The notes under the pieces are model-generated. The model made no database searches, was not told the origin of the DNA, and saw nothing but the letters and a program-made list of their open reading frames with translations. From the NCBI GenBank assembly GCA_965645245.1, contig OZ287072.1, positions 434,001 to 498,000 on the forward strand: a DNA stretch of 64,000 nucleotides, written 5' to 3'. The position numbers and the translations under genes are program-made. The DNA comes from Massalongia carnosa (lineage: Eukaryota). Below, in pieces: positions 26,075 through 37,439 of the stretch. The stretch's first letter is position 1; the number at the start of each line of letters is the position of its first letter.

Positions 26075-28050
26075 TTACCCATCAACACGTTTCCTTGAAA
26101 ACCTTTGCCCTTGTTTTGGCTGGCTTCCGTACGGTCTTCGATCCCATTTCTTTTTGTCACGACTCATGCTCGCACCCAAAGCAATGTCTACGCGGGGGGG
26201 CGTCTGAAACCCGAAGCTCTTGGCAATTTTGACAAGGTCGAGCTTGTGGACATCGAACACCGACCGCAGGCTGTGGGAAGCATAAGCTTGAAGATACGAG
26301 CGGTAGCCATCTTTTGCCGACTGCGATCATGGCCAGGTTAGCTCCCCAACAACACATAAAGGGAGGGGGCTTCCCACCTTGTTAAGATAATAATTATGCC
26401 CTATTAGCTTTTCGAGCTGCGACTGGATGTTGAAGATGCGCTTGCTTGGGAATTCGAACTCTACCAAAGGCACTCGAGCGTCTTTCAGGTGCTTCAGGAA
26501 GCCTACCTCTGACGGTTGTAAGAACATCAAACTTTTGCCTTTGCCATTCGAGCCTCTTGCTGTTCGCCCAACCCGATGAATGTAATCCCGAGGATCATCA
26601 GGAGGATCGAACTGAATGATCCAGTCCACAGCAGGAATCTAGGTAGGTTTTAGCTGTAATAAGGAGTAGTTCAGAGGAGTTATCTCACATCAAGCCCTCG
26701 TGCAGCTACGTCTGTGCATATTAAAGTGCCTTGCTTTGCATTGCAAAACTCGAAGAAGGTGTTTGTTCGCTTTTGCTGCTTCTGCTTACCATGCAAGTCC
26801 AGCACCGGTAGATCGATATAGTTGAGCAGCTCAGAATGATACTTAACACAATTGCAGCTAGAGAAAAAGACAATAACTTTCTTCTTGAGGTTCCGCTTAA
26901 GAAAAGAAAAGAGGAGCAAAAAACGCTCATCGGAATCGCAGACGACATAGCCCTGTTCTAAACCCTCAACGGTGCTATACTCCTTAGTATGGTCTACGTT
27001 GATATAGAGAGGGCCTGGGCGAAGCGAAATCCGCGCTAGGTCTTCAACTTTTGTAGTTTGCGTCGCAGAGAATAGCATCGTTTGTCGTTCGTCTTTGGGT
27101 AAAATCTTGACGATCTGTCGCATCTCATCCTCGAAACCTACCTCGAGTATCCGATCGGCTTCGTCAATGACAAGTGCCTTGATATTCTTGTAGATGAATC
27201 CTTGGGTGTTCTGCAAATGATCAAGAAGGCGGCCAGGAGTGGCGATGATCAGGTTGACACCCTTAACAAGCTTCTCTGCCTCTGCTCGTCTGTTGGCGCC
27301 TCCAATTACGATACCATAGGTCTGAGATTGATGGGCCATTAATTCTCGGGCAACACCAAATATTTGTAGCGCAAGCTCTCGTGTCGGCGACACAATGATT
27401 ACCCCAGTACCTGCAGATGATTAGCAGTGCCCCGTAGGGAGACTACTCCTTGTATTCAGCCTACCATTTCTCGGCTTAAATCGCAAAGCGCTCAGCATCT
27501 CCACCGCGGGTATAAGAAACGCTAACGTTTTTCCAGAACCAGTCTTTGCTGCTCCTAGCACATCCTTTCCAGCTAGCAGTGGTGGGATACCTCGTTGCTG
27601 TATTTCCGTCATAGTCTCGAATTTCATATCTTCGATCGCCTGCATTGTCTTGCTGGATAAATTGAGATCGCTAAAGCGCGTGGGATCTTTTTCTGTGGTG
27701 GGTAGGGAGAGGCCTGATACTGAAGGTATGTCTAGTTGTGCGGTATTTTCGCTGGCAACCTTGAAGCTCTCTGCCTCCTCTTCATGCCCAATTGCCTGCA
27801 GACTTTCTGAGGCCCTTTGCTCTGATTTTCTTTGACTGATCGCAGGCGCTGCATCAGGCTCACTGGCGTCATTCTGTCTTTTCTTGACTTTCTTAGCTTT
27901 CCTTTGGTGTTTGGACTCTGATTCTAGGGCGCCTGGAGTTGAGACGTCATCGACAAGTCGAAGCGTAGACGTAGATAATGATGCGTGCTCTTCTGGAGAT
28001 ACCTGCTGTTTTCGTTTCCGCTTCTTCGAGGTTGATTCAAGTTCTCCCAT
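26075..28050 (-). CDS. HAS1: ATP-dependent DEAD-box RNA helicase Has1 (DDX18), 4 exons
   Basis: [70 protein letters not shown]. Confidence 0.97.
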
Positions 28051-30951
28051 GGTTGTTGCTTCCTTTGCTGTGAAATTTTAGTTTGGCAGCAAAGTATTTT
28101 GTGCATCTAACCCAAGTAACTTTAGCGGGAAATTATTCCTAAGCGAACTAGCATACTACTGACCGTAGAAAAAAAGCTCACAACGCATCAGATTTATTTT
28201 TCAATATCATCAAGGAGTCGGAATTGCAGCATTTCCATGTTAATCAACTGAGCATCAAGCTTGTTACTTTAAGCTGAAGATTTATGGTTTAATATAAGTT
28301 TGAATAGAACATTATATCAAAAGCTCTGACTAACTGGGTGCCTCAAGGCCTACAGAGTATCTTCACATGTGATGCTGAAGATCATAAAGAATTCCAGGTC
28401 CAGCAATCTGTCCAAACAAGTCACTTAGCCCTCACAGCTCGCTAACGAATGTCCTGGGCTATAATAACTACAGAGTATAGGGGACGGTTCCTAAATCAAG
28501 AGACACAATCACGCAGCCGCCACCACTACTGAAAGAAATCATGCGAAATTCCTTAAGCCGAGAACAGACGTTCGATTCCTTTTGTGACTAAGGTTGGCTG
28601 GCAAGCAAGGAGAAGGCCGAAGCTAAAGGAACTAACACAAGTTGCTAGATCCAGCTTTCAGGAGAAACTTCAGGTTGAGATACTTCTGTGAGCGTAAGTA
28701 AAACATCCTATCCAAAAAGGATACGCGGGCGTTAATAGACTTACTCTTAAAAATATCAAGGATGACGGAGAGCACATTTAAAAGTAGATTCAGAGAACCT
28801 TCATACTTGTTAAGCGTCACGCGAAAAACATGTTTAACAGATCCATGGTGATCAATATCACGGCACAATGATGGATTTATAACAGCCAGTTGTTCGCTAC
28901 TTTTAACAAAGCAGCTCCAAATATTATACGGATACCGTTTCAAAGTAAAGAGCAGCAGAAAAATATTCCGTACAAAGATAGTGTAACTAGACTAAAAAGC
29001 CTTATGTAACCCTTCCATCGTATCTTCCTAATTTAGGTGTCTGCCTTTGGGTCTACAATGCTAACTGTGTATGCGCTGGGATATACAGCTCTCAGACCAT
29101 GCTAGTCTTGACGCTTTCCCAGTAGGCTATTCTTATATTCCACAAACAGATCCCTCGCATGCTCCATACTTTTAGGATCTTGCTATCATTACACCCCTTT
29201 GTTATGCTGCTACACCCTGTAATTGATGCTGCTACCAACCCCCCCCCTCCCCCCTTTGAGAAAGATTGAACTCCGCGAAAGCAATCAGTTTTCCAAATTT
29301 AAACTGCGAATTCGGCGTTTTGTGATCTATCTTTCGAACGATTATCATTTTTGACATTTTTTCATTCATAAAACATAAAGATTGTTGTATTAACTAAGTG
29401 TAACGTCGAAACCATGTACCGGAGAACCCTTTCACCTTCACCGGAGCCTTTCATGATGACTCTTTCCAACCTCCTGTACCTCCTCGCCCTCCTTCGCCCC
29501 TCTCGTCATTACTGTTTTCTCGACATGTTTATTGAGCGCAATAAACAAATGATCGAAACAATAATGAGTACGGGCTACACTAAGTCAAATTCTGAAGCTA
29601 TGTGGTAAACCTAGGGGTTGGTTGACTAAATCACTAGATCTGTGTCGTGGGCACATCCGATAAATTGATCGGATTCAAGAGCCGTCGATTTTGGTTGTAG
29701 CTCTGGATACACAAGTAAGCCTTCGCCCCATCGTTGCTTGATATAAGTGACCAATGTATCGTCCCATTACTATTGTATGAGCAAAAACAGGGAAGCTTAG
29801 CTTGCACCATTCTGGCTTCGGTGAGAGATCTTTCTACCCTTCGCTGAAAGTATGTGGAACAGGTCGTACTCCCGAAATAAGTTTATTATTATAATATAGT
29901 TTTAATATCATCTACGTTTCTGGACCAAATATCATGGGTGATGAAGATTTATTGCCTTGCTAGCTCATTCCTGAACTGAGATTAGAGGCACTGCAGTCTA
30001 GGTGCTCATGATGGATCGCGTGGTAGTTGATAAACCTTTACTCTGTATACTGCTGAGAGAATCTATGGAGATTGTCTGCAGTCGAAAAGGTCGGGCACTC
30101 TACCCTTACATATTGCTGGGTTTATCTGCGTGGCTATGAAGGTGAAAATGATCCGAAAACCGTCTTATCGAGGCTTGGTGAATCACTTCTTCAGTGCAAC
30201 GTCAAATTCTAGAGAGGAGGTTAAACCGCAAAGGTTTCCATTGATGCCTATGTTCTGAGTCTAAGGCTGTTTCTGGAAACTAAACTTTGAATTAGCTTGA
30301 GGACCCTTTAACTCTGTCGTTTCTTTGCCTACTCATGAGGGCTGGTCCATTCAAAGACATCTTATTTTTGAGTATCCAAGCCTATATGGGTCAAGTTAAA
30401 ACACTAGGCCGGTTCCAAGATAGGATATCATCAACTGAACGGTTGGGGCTGTAAAAATGCCTCGTTGATGATCAACAGCTTTGCACCTAGTAGTTTGTTG
30501 CAAAGGCTCCATCGTATCAAAGGACGATTTATGCACCTCTCTTGAGGTCGTCCTTGATGCTTTTCATCGAAAAAACCCATCGAGGTCACTGTTATCAACT
30601 GGTTTTTATATTCACTTTTTTGTTTTACTTTCGGCATTTGGAACTAGTGGGAATCATTATAGTATAGCTACCTAAAGTAAAAAAGAGATTATAACTAATC
30701 ATACGATGAGAGATGAGCCGAGTAGAGCGAAATGACGGGCAGGAAAATGCCAGGATAATATACGATCCACATATTAAATAACATCCCATAGCATAAAAGC
30801 TTTCTTTCAATTTAGTTTTTCTACAGGTAACATTCTCTGCCGACCTCAATCATGTCTTCTACTTCGCGATTTGGTTATGGCGATGAAGGAAGTATTTAAC
30901 TAAGGGAGTACCAATGTGTTAAGATAACCTTTACTGAATCTTGTACAACTA

Positions 30952-32944
30952 CAGTCAGATCGGGTTATAAGAAACTCCAAAATCGTAGCACCTAGGTTTC
31001 TTATTAAGCGAGGTTTCTAATATCAAAATTCTTGACATATTTTCAAGACTATACCTATCGACTACCTAATGGCAAAGAAATCCGTCATTACAACTTGCCT
31101 AGAACTAATCGCCATTGAGGTCTTGATATCCCACTCTTTACGATTCAGACGACGTATCAAATCATCGTCACCGACCTCTCGTTGCTCCTCATATAACCGT
31201 AACGTTTCAAGAGCTCGTAGAGCGTTCTTGTTTTGAACACGTGATACAATGACCTCCTCCTCCTCCGTCTCGTATTCTCTTTCATGGCCATCATATATAG
31301 CAACGATATGATCCTCCAAATCCTCTTCGGTATCCTCTACCACCTCTTCAACAGGGTTCAGAAATTCGTCAATACGCATGACGCTTTGTATATGATCACG
31401 GTCTTTCAAACGCCGTATTGTAGCTTGTATCTGTAGTCGTTGCTCCGTTTCTTGCTCTTGCGTCCGAGTCTCATTGAGATAGTCATATTTCTCTGCCTCT
31501 TCTCGAGTCACTGGCCCATGTTTTGTCCCGATTACACGAGATTTCAGTCAACAATTAGAGATAGTTAACTGAGTAACACCGTAATTCCAGGCGGCTACGC
31601 ATCAACGTATTGCCATCAGTACGTTGATTGTTTTTAACGGCTCCCTATCTGCGTCGTATTCGGAGGTCATGTATTCTAGTCAGCGTTGTCTGTAATGAGC
31701 CTTGAAAGCGCCTATAATACCCTGATCAGGCGGCTGGCATAAGCTGATAGCATTGACTGACAGAAATATAACGCTAACATGGGATAAACCACCTTCAGCA
31801 ACTATGATATCCCAGCCGCTTTTGCTGAGCTGAAAAATTGTCAATTAACAATACAACCTTACGACTTACGTTGCCATTAAATCAGCGTAAATACTCCCGA
31901 AATATATCGCCCGACATCCAAGCTCTACTGTTACTGCGCCATATCATATGCAGGTTACAAGCGTGAACACCCTGTGAACCAAAAGCACGCGGATTTTTGA
32001 CCGTCCCAATGAACCATATGAGAAGCTTGTAAGTTCCAGTAGCATTGCAACAGAAATTGCAGTAATTCTCGCTTTTTCCACCTTGCCGCCTGGGAGCTGT
32101 TCCGTAGCCAATGTAGTACTGAGTGTAGCCTTTCAAAATAACGCAGTTTCATCCATGTTGTAGATATCTTCCTGCTCGTATGATAATAGCTGTACCCGTA
32201 TTACTTCTAACTCTTCTTCAACCTCCACACGCTTGACGGAATCGAGCTCGCCGTGTTGTTTATGTTTTGTAATCTTGTAATCTTCTTTTGAAAGAATTCA
32301 GCCATCCAATAGAGAACCTGAAAGAGGATTGATTACGGTACAGAGGCAATCGTTTCCAAAATTTCAAGGCCATTTCTCTTAACAAATCGCCCGACAAAGG
32401 CGCTCTTTTGCGTTGCATGCGCTGTTGCCACTCAAATAAGGCCTTTTCTAATTCAGACCAATGTGCAGTTCGAATTTTCTTCAGATTCGGGCGTAGCAAT
32501 GCGTGAGATGTATCCAGATGAGCCCATTTATGTGAGAGGATTTTGGAAACTTGTCCTTTGTCAATTTTATGACGGTAAAGATTGTCAAACCAAACGACCA
32601 GTTTTTCGTATTTCTTGTCATCTCCGGATACAGCAGGATCTTGGTAACGCTGTCGTAATGCTCGTCGTTGGTCATCGATAAAGGCGTCACGCTTTTTTCT
32701 GCTTCTCTCTGGGAGAAAGCGGGGATGTAGAACGTTTTCGAGGATTTCGAGATAGAGTCTCCGGATTTTGACTATTATATCTCAAAGAAGTCGAAGGTTA
32801 AGTCATATTTACTATAAGAAACCACCGCAAAATTAATAGAGCGAGGTTTCTTATCCCTCACCAGAAAAAAACCGGTCTTTTCGTCCGAGTTTCTTACTAG
32901 CCGAGGTTTCTTAATCAGCAGTTTCTTATAACCCGATCTGACTG
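30952..32944 (-). mobile_element. pogo/Tigger-like (Tc1-mariner superfamily) DNA transposon, full length, inactivated
   Basis: Perfect 25-bp TIR CAGTCAGATCGGGTTATAAGAAACT at both ends. TA duplication at 30950-51 and 32945-46. Subterminal GAGGTTTCTTA repeats. Confidence 0.95.
31062..32730 (-). pseudogene. CENP-B/DDE_1-type transposase with stops and frameshifts
   Basis: HTH ELEKALFEW...FSIGWL, IYNMDET, CCNATG, LLIDNFSA, CQPPDQGII and a C-terminal PCNA-binding box QVVMTDFF. TGA stops at 31882, 31680 and 31602. The 5' limit is approximate. Confidence 0.9.
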
Positions 32945-33598
32945 TACTCGTAGGCGGTGTTTGCGTAGCGCTTTCCGAGGAATTATGATTGGCTGGTAAC
33001 TAACTTTGTTTGAGGCACGCTTACGCGGCCAACTTCCTATTCTTACTCAGCTGCACCCGAGCGAAGCAGAATGTGGAAAGGGGCATTTTACACTATGGGC
33101 CAACGGACTCCGGAGTACTCCACGCCAAGCGTCCCCCCTATCCACATTTCTCAGCTTTGCCAAGGTCAAGATTTCATCCACGATACATCAGCCAGACTCT
33201 TCATCGTGACTCTTTACAATCGTTACATTATAGACATAAGCCAGGCAAACATTCGCAGAGACAGTCATTATCACATCACATCACATCATCATTTTAATCA
33301 TTAGATATTTACCAAGTGCCAGCTTTACCGCTTGCTCCGTTCCTTGATTTTCATTTGCCCTTGTCCAGTCGTCGCAGCGACCACTAATTCACTTCTACCT
33401 TGAACAAACGCATCACCCACCTTCTTGTCCACAAACCGCTAATTATGTTTCAATGACTCTGGAAACTCAAAGAAGACATCGATTGTCAGTCTCCCTGGAA
33501 AGTACACGGTCTAAGCGCGCTGTCACGGCGATTTGATACTTAGGATCGTCCTCAATCGCCTAAAGAACTCTTGGTTCCTGCTGTCCACAGCCTGCAAA

Positions 33599-36051
33599 AT
33601 GCGTCTACCGATTTCATCAAGTCGATTTTGGCTTCTCATTGCAATCGTATACACTCTCACACCTATAGTATCGGCCATACGATTTATTGAGTCAAAATCG
33701 TTGAACCCTTGTCAATCGAACTCAAGCTTTACCGCTACTCTTTTTAATGTGATCTTTACGCCAAACAATGGGAGCTTAGCTTTTGATATCGTTGGGGTAT
33801 CCTCCATATCGGGCTTCGTGGCGGCAGATATCGAAGTGATTGCGTATGGCCTGAATGTGTTGAAAAGGCCGTTGGATCCATGTGCGAGCAATCTTCAGGG
33901 CATGTGCCCGATGAACACCGGCCAGATCAATATACAGTCGAACATCATCGTTCCTCCTGACATCGTCAAGAAGCTTCCGGCCATTGCGTATTTGTTTCCT
34001 GACTTGGACGGAGTAGTCAGGATTCACATTAATAATACAAAGACAAATGAAAGCGTAGCTTGTGTTGAAGCGGATTTATCAAACGGCAAGACGGTGTATC
34101 ATAAAGCTGTCGGGTGGGTCTTAGCGGTTATCGCTGGTCTGGCTTTGCTTGCCTCTGCGGTCGCTTCGGGGTTGGGTCACTCTAACACGGCGGCACATGT
34201 CGCTGCAAACACACTTTCACTATTCGGTTTCTTCCAGGTGCAGGCTATCGTAGGGATGACTTCAGTTTCCTTGCCACCTATGGTTGCTTCCTGGACTCAA
34301 AACTTCCAATGGAGCATGGGTATCATCAGAGTCACATTCCTGCAAGACATTTGTACGTGGTATCAACGATCTACAGGGGGTTCACCATCAACGCTGCTGT
34401 CAACATTGGCGACTGCCTCGGTTCAAGTTCAAAAAAGATCCGTTGAAGTTGTGCATGCTCTTTTCCTGAGAGCTTACGATCAGATGGTAAAACGAGCTAC
34501 AACGAACACCCCAGAGACTGAGAAAGTGGTGATTGTTAAGGGCATTACACGCGTCGGGTTTCGCGCCAAGATTGAACCAACCAATATTTTCCTGACGGGG
34601 CTCATATTTTTCATGATCTCCGTTGTTCTTACAGCAATCATCGTGGCTCTGTTTAAGGCCTTCTGCGAAGTTGCTGTGAAGGCGGGTTGGTTCAAGGGAG
34701 ACAAATTTGAAGACTTCAGAAGTGGCTGGAAGCTAGTCTTGAAGGGTATCTTGTTCCGCTTGGTACATTGTCTTAATCCCTTTTGGAAATCCGTCATCTA
34801 ATCCATCTGTAGGTACTTATCGGATATCCACAGATGTGTGTACTTTGCCTATGGGAATTGACTGTGAGGGACTCTGCCGCCGAAGTGGTGCTCGCCCTCT
34901 TCTTCTTTATATCAATGACAGTGGCCTTGGGATGGGCTGCTCTGAAGGTTTTCCGGATCGCCAAACGCTCCGTCAGCATGCACAAAAATCCTGCGTTTAT
35001 TCTCTACTCAGATCCTTCCGCGCTTAATAAATGGGGCTTTCTATACGTACAATTCCGTGCCACAGCGTACTATTTCATCACCCCTGTGTTGCTCTATATT
35101 CTTGTCAAATCGTTGTTCATCGCGTTTGCGCAGAAGAACGGAACCGTTCAGGCTATTGGACTGGTTATTATCGAAGCCCTTTTTCTTATTGGCATTAGTA
35201 TTCTCCAGCCATGGATGGATAAAAGAACGAATGGATTCAACATCGCGATCGCTGCTATTAATTTCCTCAACGCCATTTTCCTTCTCGTCTTCACCGCCAT
35301 CTTTGGGCAACGAGTAAGTAGAAATTCAACCGGCATCATTCTAGTCAGCACTGATTATTAATAGGGTATTGTCACTGGCGCCATGGGGCTGATCTTTGTT
35401 GCCATAAATGTTCTCTTCACGATAGCACTCCTTCTTATGGTCTTATTCTCTTCGTGTTATGCCATGTTTGTTAAGAATCCCGATACTCGGTATCAGCCTA
35501 TGCGAGACGATCGCGGTTCCTTCATCAAATCCGCAACACAGCTCAACACGGAGCTGGATGCATTAGGCGCCACCGCGCGTGGAGATATGGTACAAACAGC
35601 TTATCACAAAAGCCGAGATCTTGATGACGATGACGAGTCCTTCTCCTCTGGCTCAGGAAGGCACCAACACGGTGCCTCCGGGGTACCTTTACCACCATCG
35701 ACCGCAACTTCAAATCGACCTCCCTCCCATCGCCGAGATTCTAGAGAACCCCCACGATCTCCCACTGAGCCAGCCATGCCTTTCTTTCCCAGCGATGGAG
35801 GGCCCCGGCACGGCACCCCAGCGCAATCTACAGATAATCCTCACGGAATGTACAATGGATATAATGATAGCAGTCGGCCAGGTGCTGACTTACCTTTGTT
35901 AAACTCGTGGTCCAACACTAGCACCCCGCCTCCTCGAGTACCAGAACAGCAGATGATGTTCAATCGAACAGGATCATCGCATTCCAGCAGCGCCTACAGG
36001 CAGCAGAATAATACTAGTCCCTGGCAACGTGGCGCAGGCTATGATCATTGA
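33599..36051 (+). CDS. Flc/Pkd2-like TRP-family membrane protein (flavin carrier / putative Ca2+ channel), 3 exons
   Basis: Signal peptide, ML-like N-domain (LDPC...CPM), GHSNTAAHVA, WTQNFQWSMGII, WYQRSTGG, WGFLYVQFRA, PWMDK, NPDTRYQPMRDDRGSFIKS. Confidence 0.93.
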
Positions 36052-36420
36052 ATGTCAAATCACGGGAGGTGGACCTTTGTTTCAAGGCATTAGCGTATGT
36101 ACTTGTGTTTAGATTCTATCTCACGCCTTAGGAGGCCATTGAGCTTTCGCATTTCTTTCCGGCGATGGTCAGATTCGGCGGGTCATAGGTGCCGATCTTG
36201 CTCTGCAGGAGGCCTGCGTGGCTTGCTAGGTGTTACGGTCTTTGGTGTTTGGGAGAGTAGCATATAGTCCAGGCCTGTACATAGCAAATTATCTAGGCTG
36301 ACCTCGTTTTCCCCGAATCTTGTTACTGAGTGAAAACAATTGCATGTTGAAATCTCATGGTGTAAAGAAGTTTTAATATAGATAGCATCCCATTGTCTGG
36401 GGGTTTCCACTTTCAATACC

Positions 36421-37168
36421 TTATTTATTCGGACCTCTAGGCACCCAAGCCACCGGTTGCCATACCTCGCCTGGATTCCCTTTTTTCGCCTTCCATGGAT
36501 TCTCCGCCCGTTCCCCCCCAAGTGTCTTCCCCCCCGCCGCTATCTCCTCATTTTCTTCCTTCTTCCCCCCAACCCCAAACCCCCGTCCAATATCCACATC
36601 CCCGTCTCCCACACCTAGCTCTAAAATTTCCCTCCTCGGCTTATCCAGCATCGAAGGTTTCGCCGCCCAGCGCTCATCGGCAGCCTGCGCCAAGGCCCTG
36701 AGCTCCCGTTGCCGAACAACGTCCGCTTGCTGCTCTGATATTGAGGGCGGAGTGGGTCTAGTGTAACGAAGCCATTGATGCCATTGTGCTGATATAAAAA
36801 AACAAGCGATGAGTCAGTGTCAGTGGTTGGTTTTCCTCCCGCGGGGCCGGCGAAGCAGTCAGTGGGCGAAGGGGCAGGGGGATGCTTGGAGAGACGTACG
36901 TGAAATTTCAATGTCGGAGTAGGCGATTCTGGGGTTGGATTGAAGGATACGGCGAGCGCGTGGGGAGGAGAGCACGGGTTTGAAGTACCAAAATGTATTA
37001 CCCACAAGGTCGGTGCCTAGAATTTAGAACTGGAGGGTTACTAGGCGCGAGGTAGTTTGAAATGGAGACGAGAATGTTACCGGCAAGCCATCTCTTCCTC
37101 CATGGAAGCTTCAAAGACTTCCATTTGAGCCATAAAGTTCTTAAATGGGACGCCGAGGGCGAAGGCAT
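36421..37168 (-). CDS. Complex I assembly factor NDUFAF2/B17.2L-like (NDUFA12 family), 3 exons
   Basis: Spliced product MPSPSASHLRTLWLKWKSLKLPWRKRWLAG|TDLVGNTFWYF...|QWHQWLRYTRPTPPSISEQ...ADERW...WQPVAW. Confidence 0.85.
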
Positions 37169-37439
37169 AGGTGTGATGATTGTTTGAGCTGTCTTTTACT
37201 TATCGATACGAGTAGGAGCCGAGGTTCTACCAGTCTAACAACTATAGCGTGGAATGCTAATCGGTTGACCTACTTCTATATTTTCATTCATAAGAAAAGT
37301 ATCAAAGCAGAGGTATTCCTTTCTAACTATGCATCTTTGCTGGCTAGCGTTAGATATATTGGGAGTGAACTGAACACGGCTAGAAAAGCGTAATTCAGTC
37401 ACTAGGCTCAATCATACTTATTAAAGAACCTAGGGGAAC

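Noticed and set aside
28490..28980. Tc1-like transposase remnant (GWQARRR...)
   Set aside because: Only a few residues resemble the family. No DD34E motif or TIR could be located.
31602..31884. UGA-as-Trp genetic code or readthrough in the transposase
   Set aside because: Neighbouring genes use TGA as a true stop and TGG for Trp. The element also has frameshifts and parallel C>T missense changes, so mutation explains the stops.
33446..33536. Regulatory uORFs upstream of the Flc gene
   Set aside because: Two short ATG-initiated ORFs exist, but the transcription start is unknown and there is no evidence of conservation.
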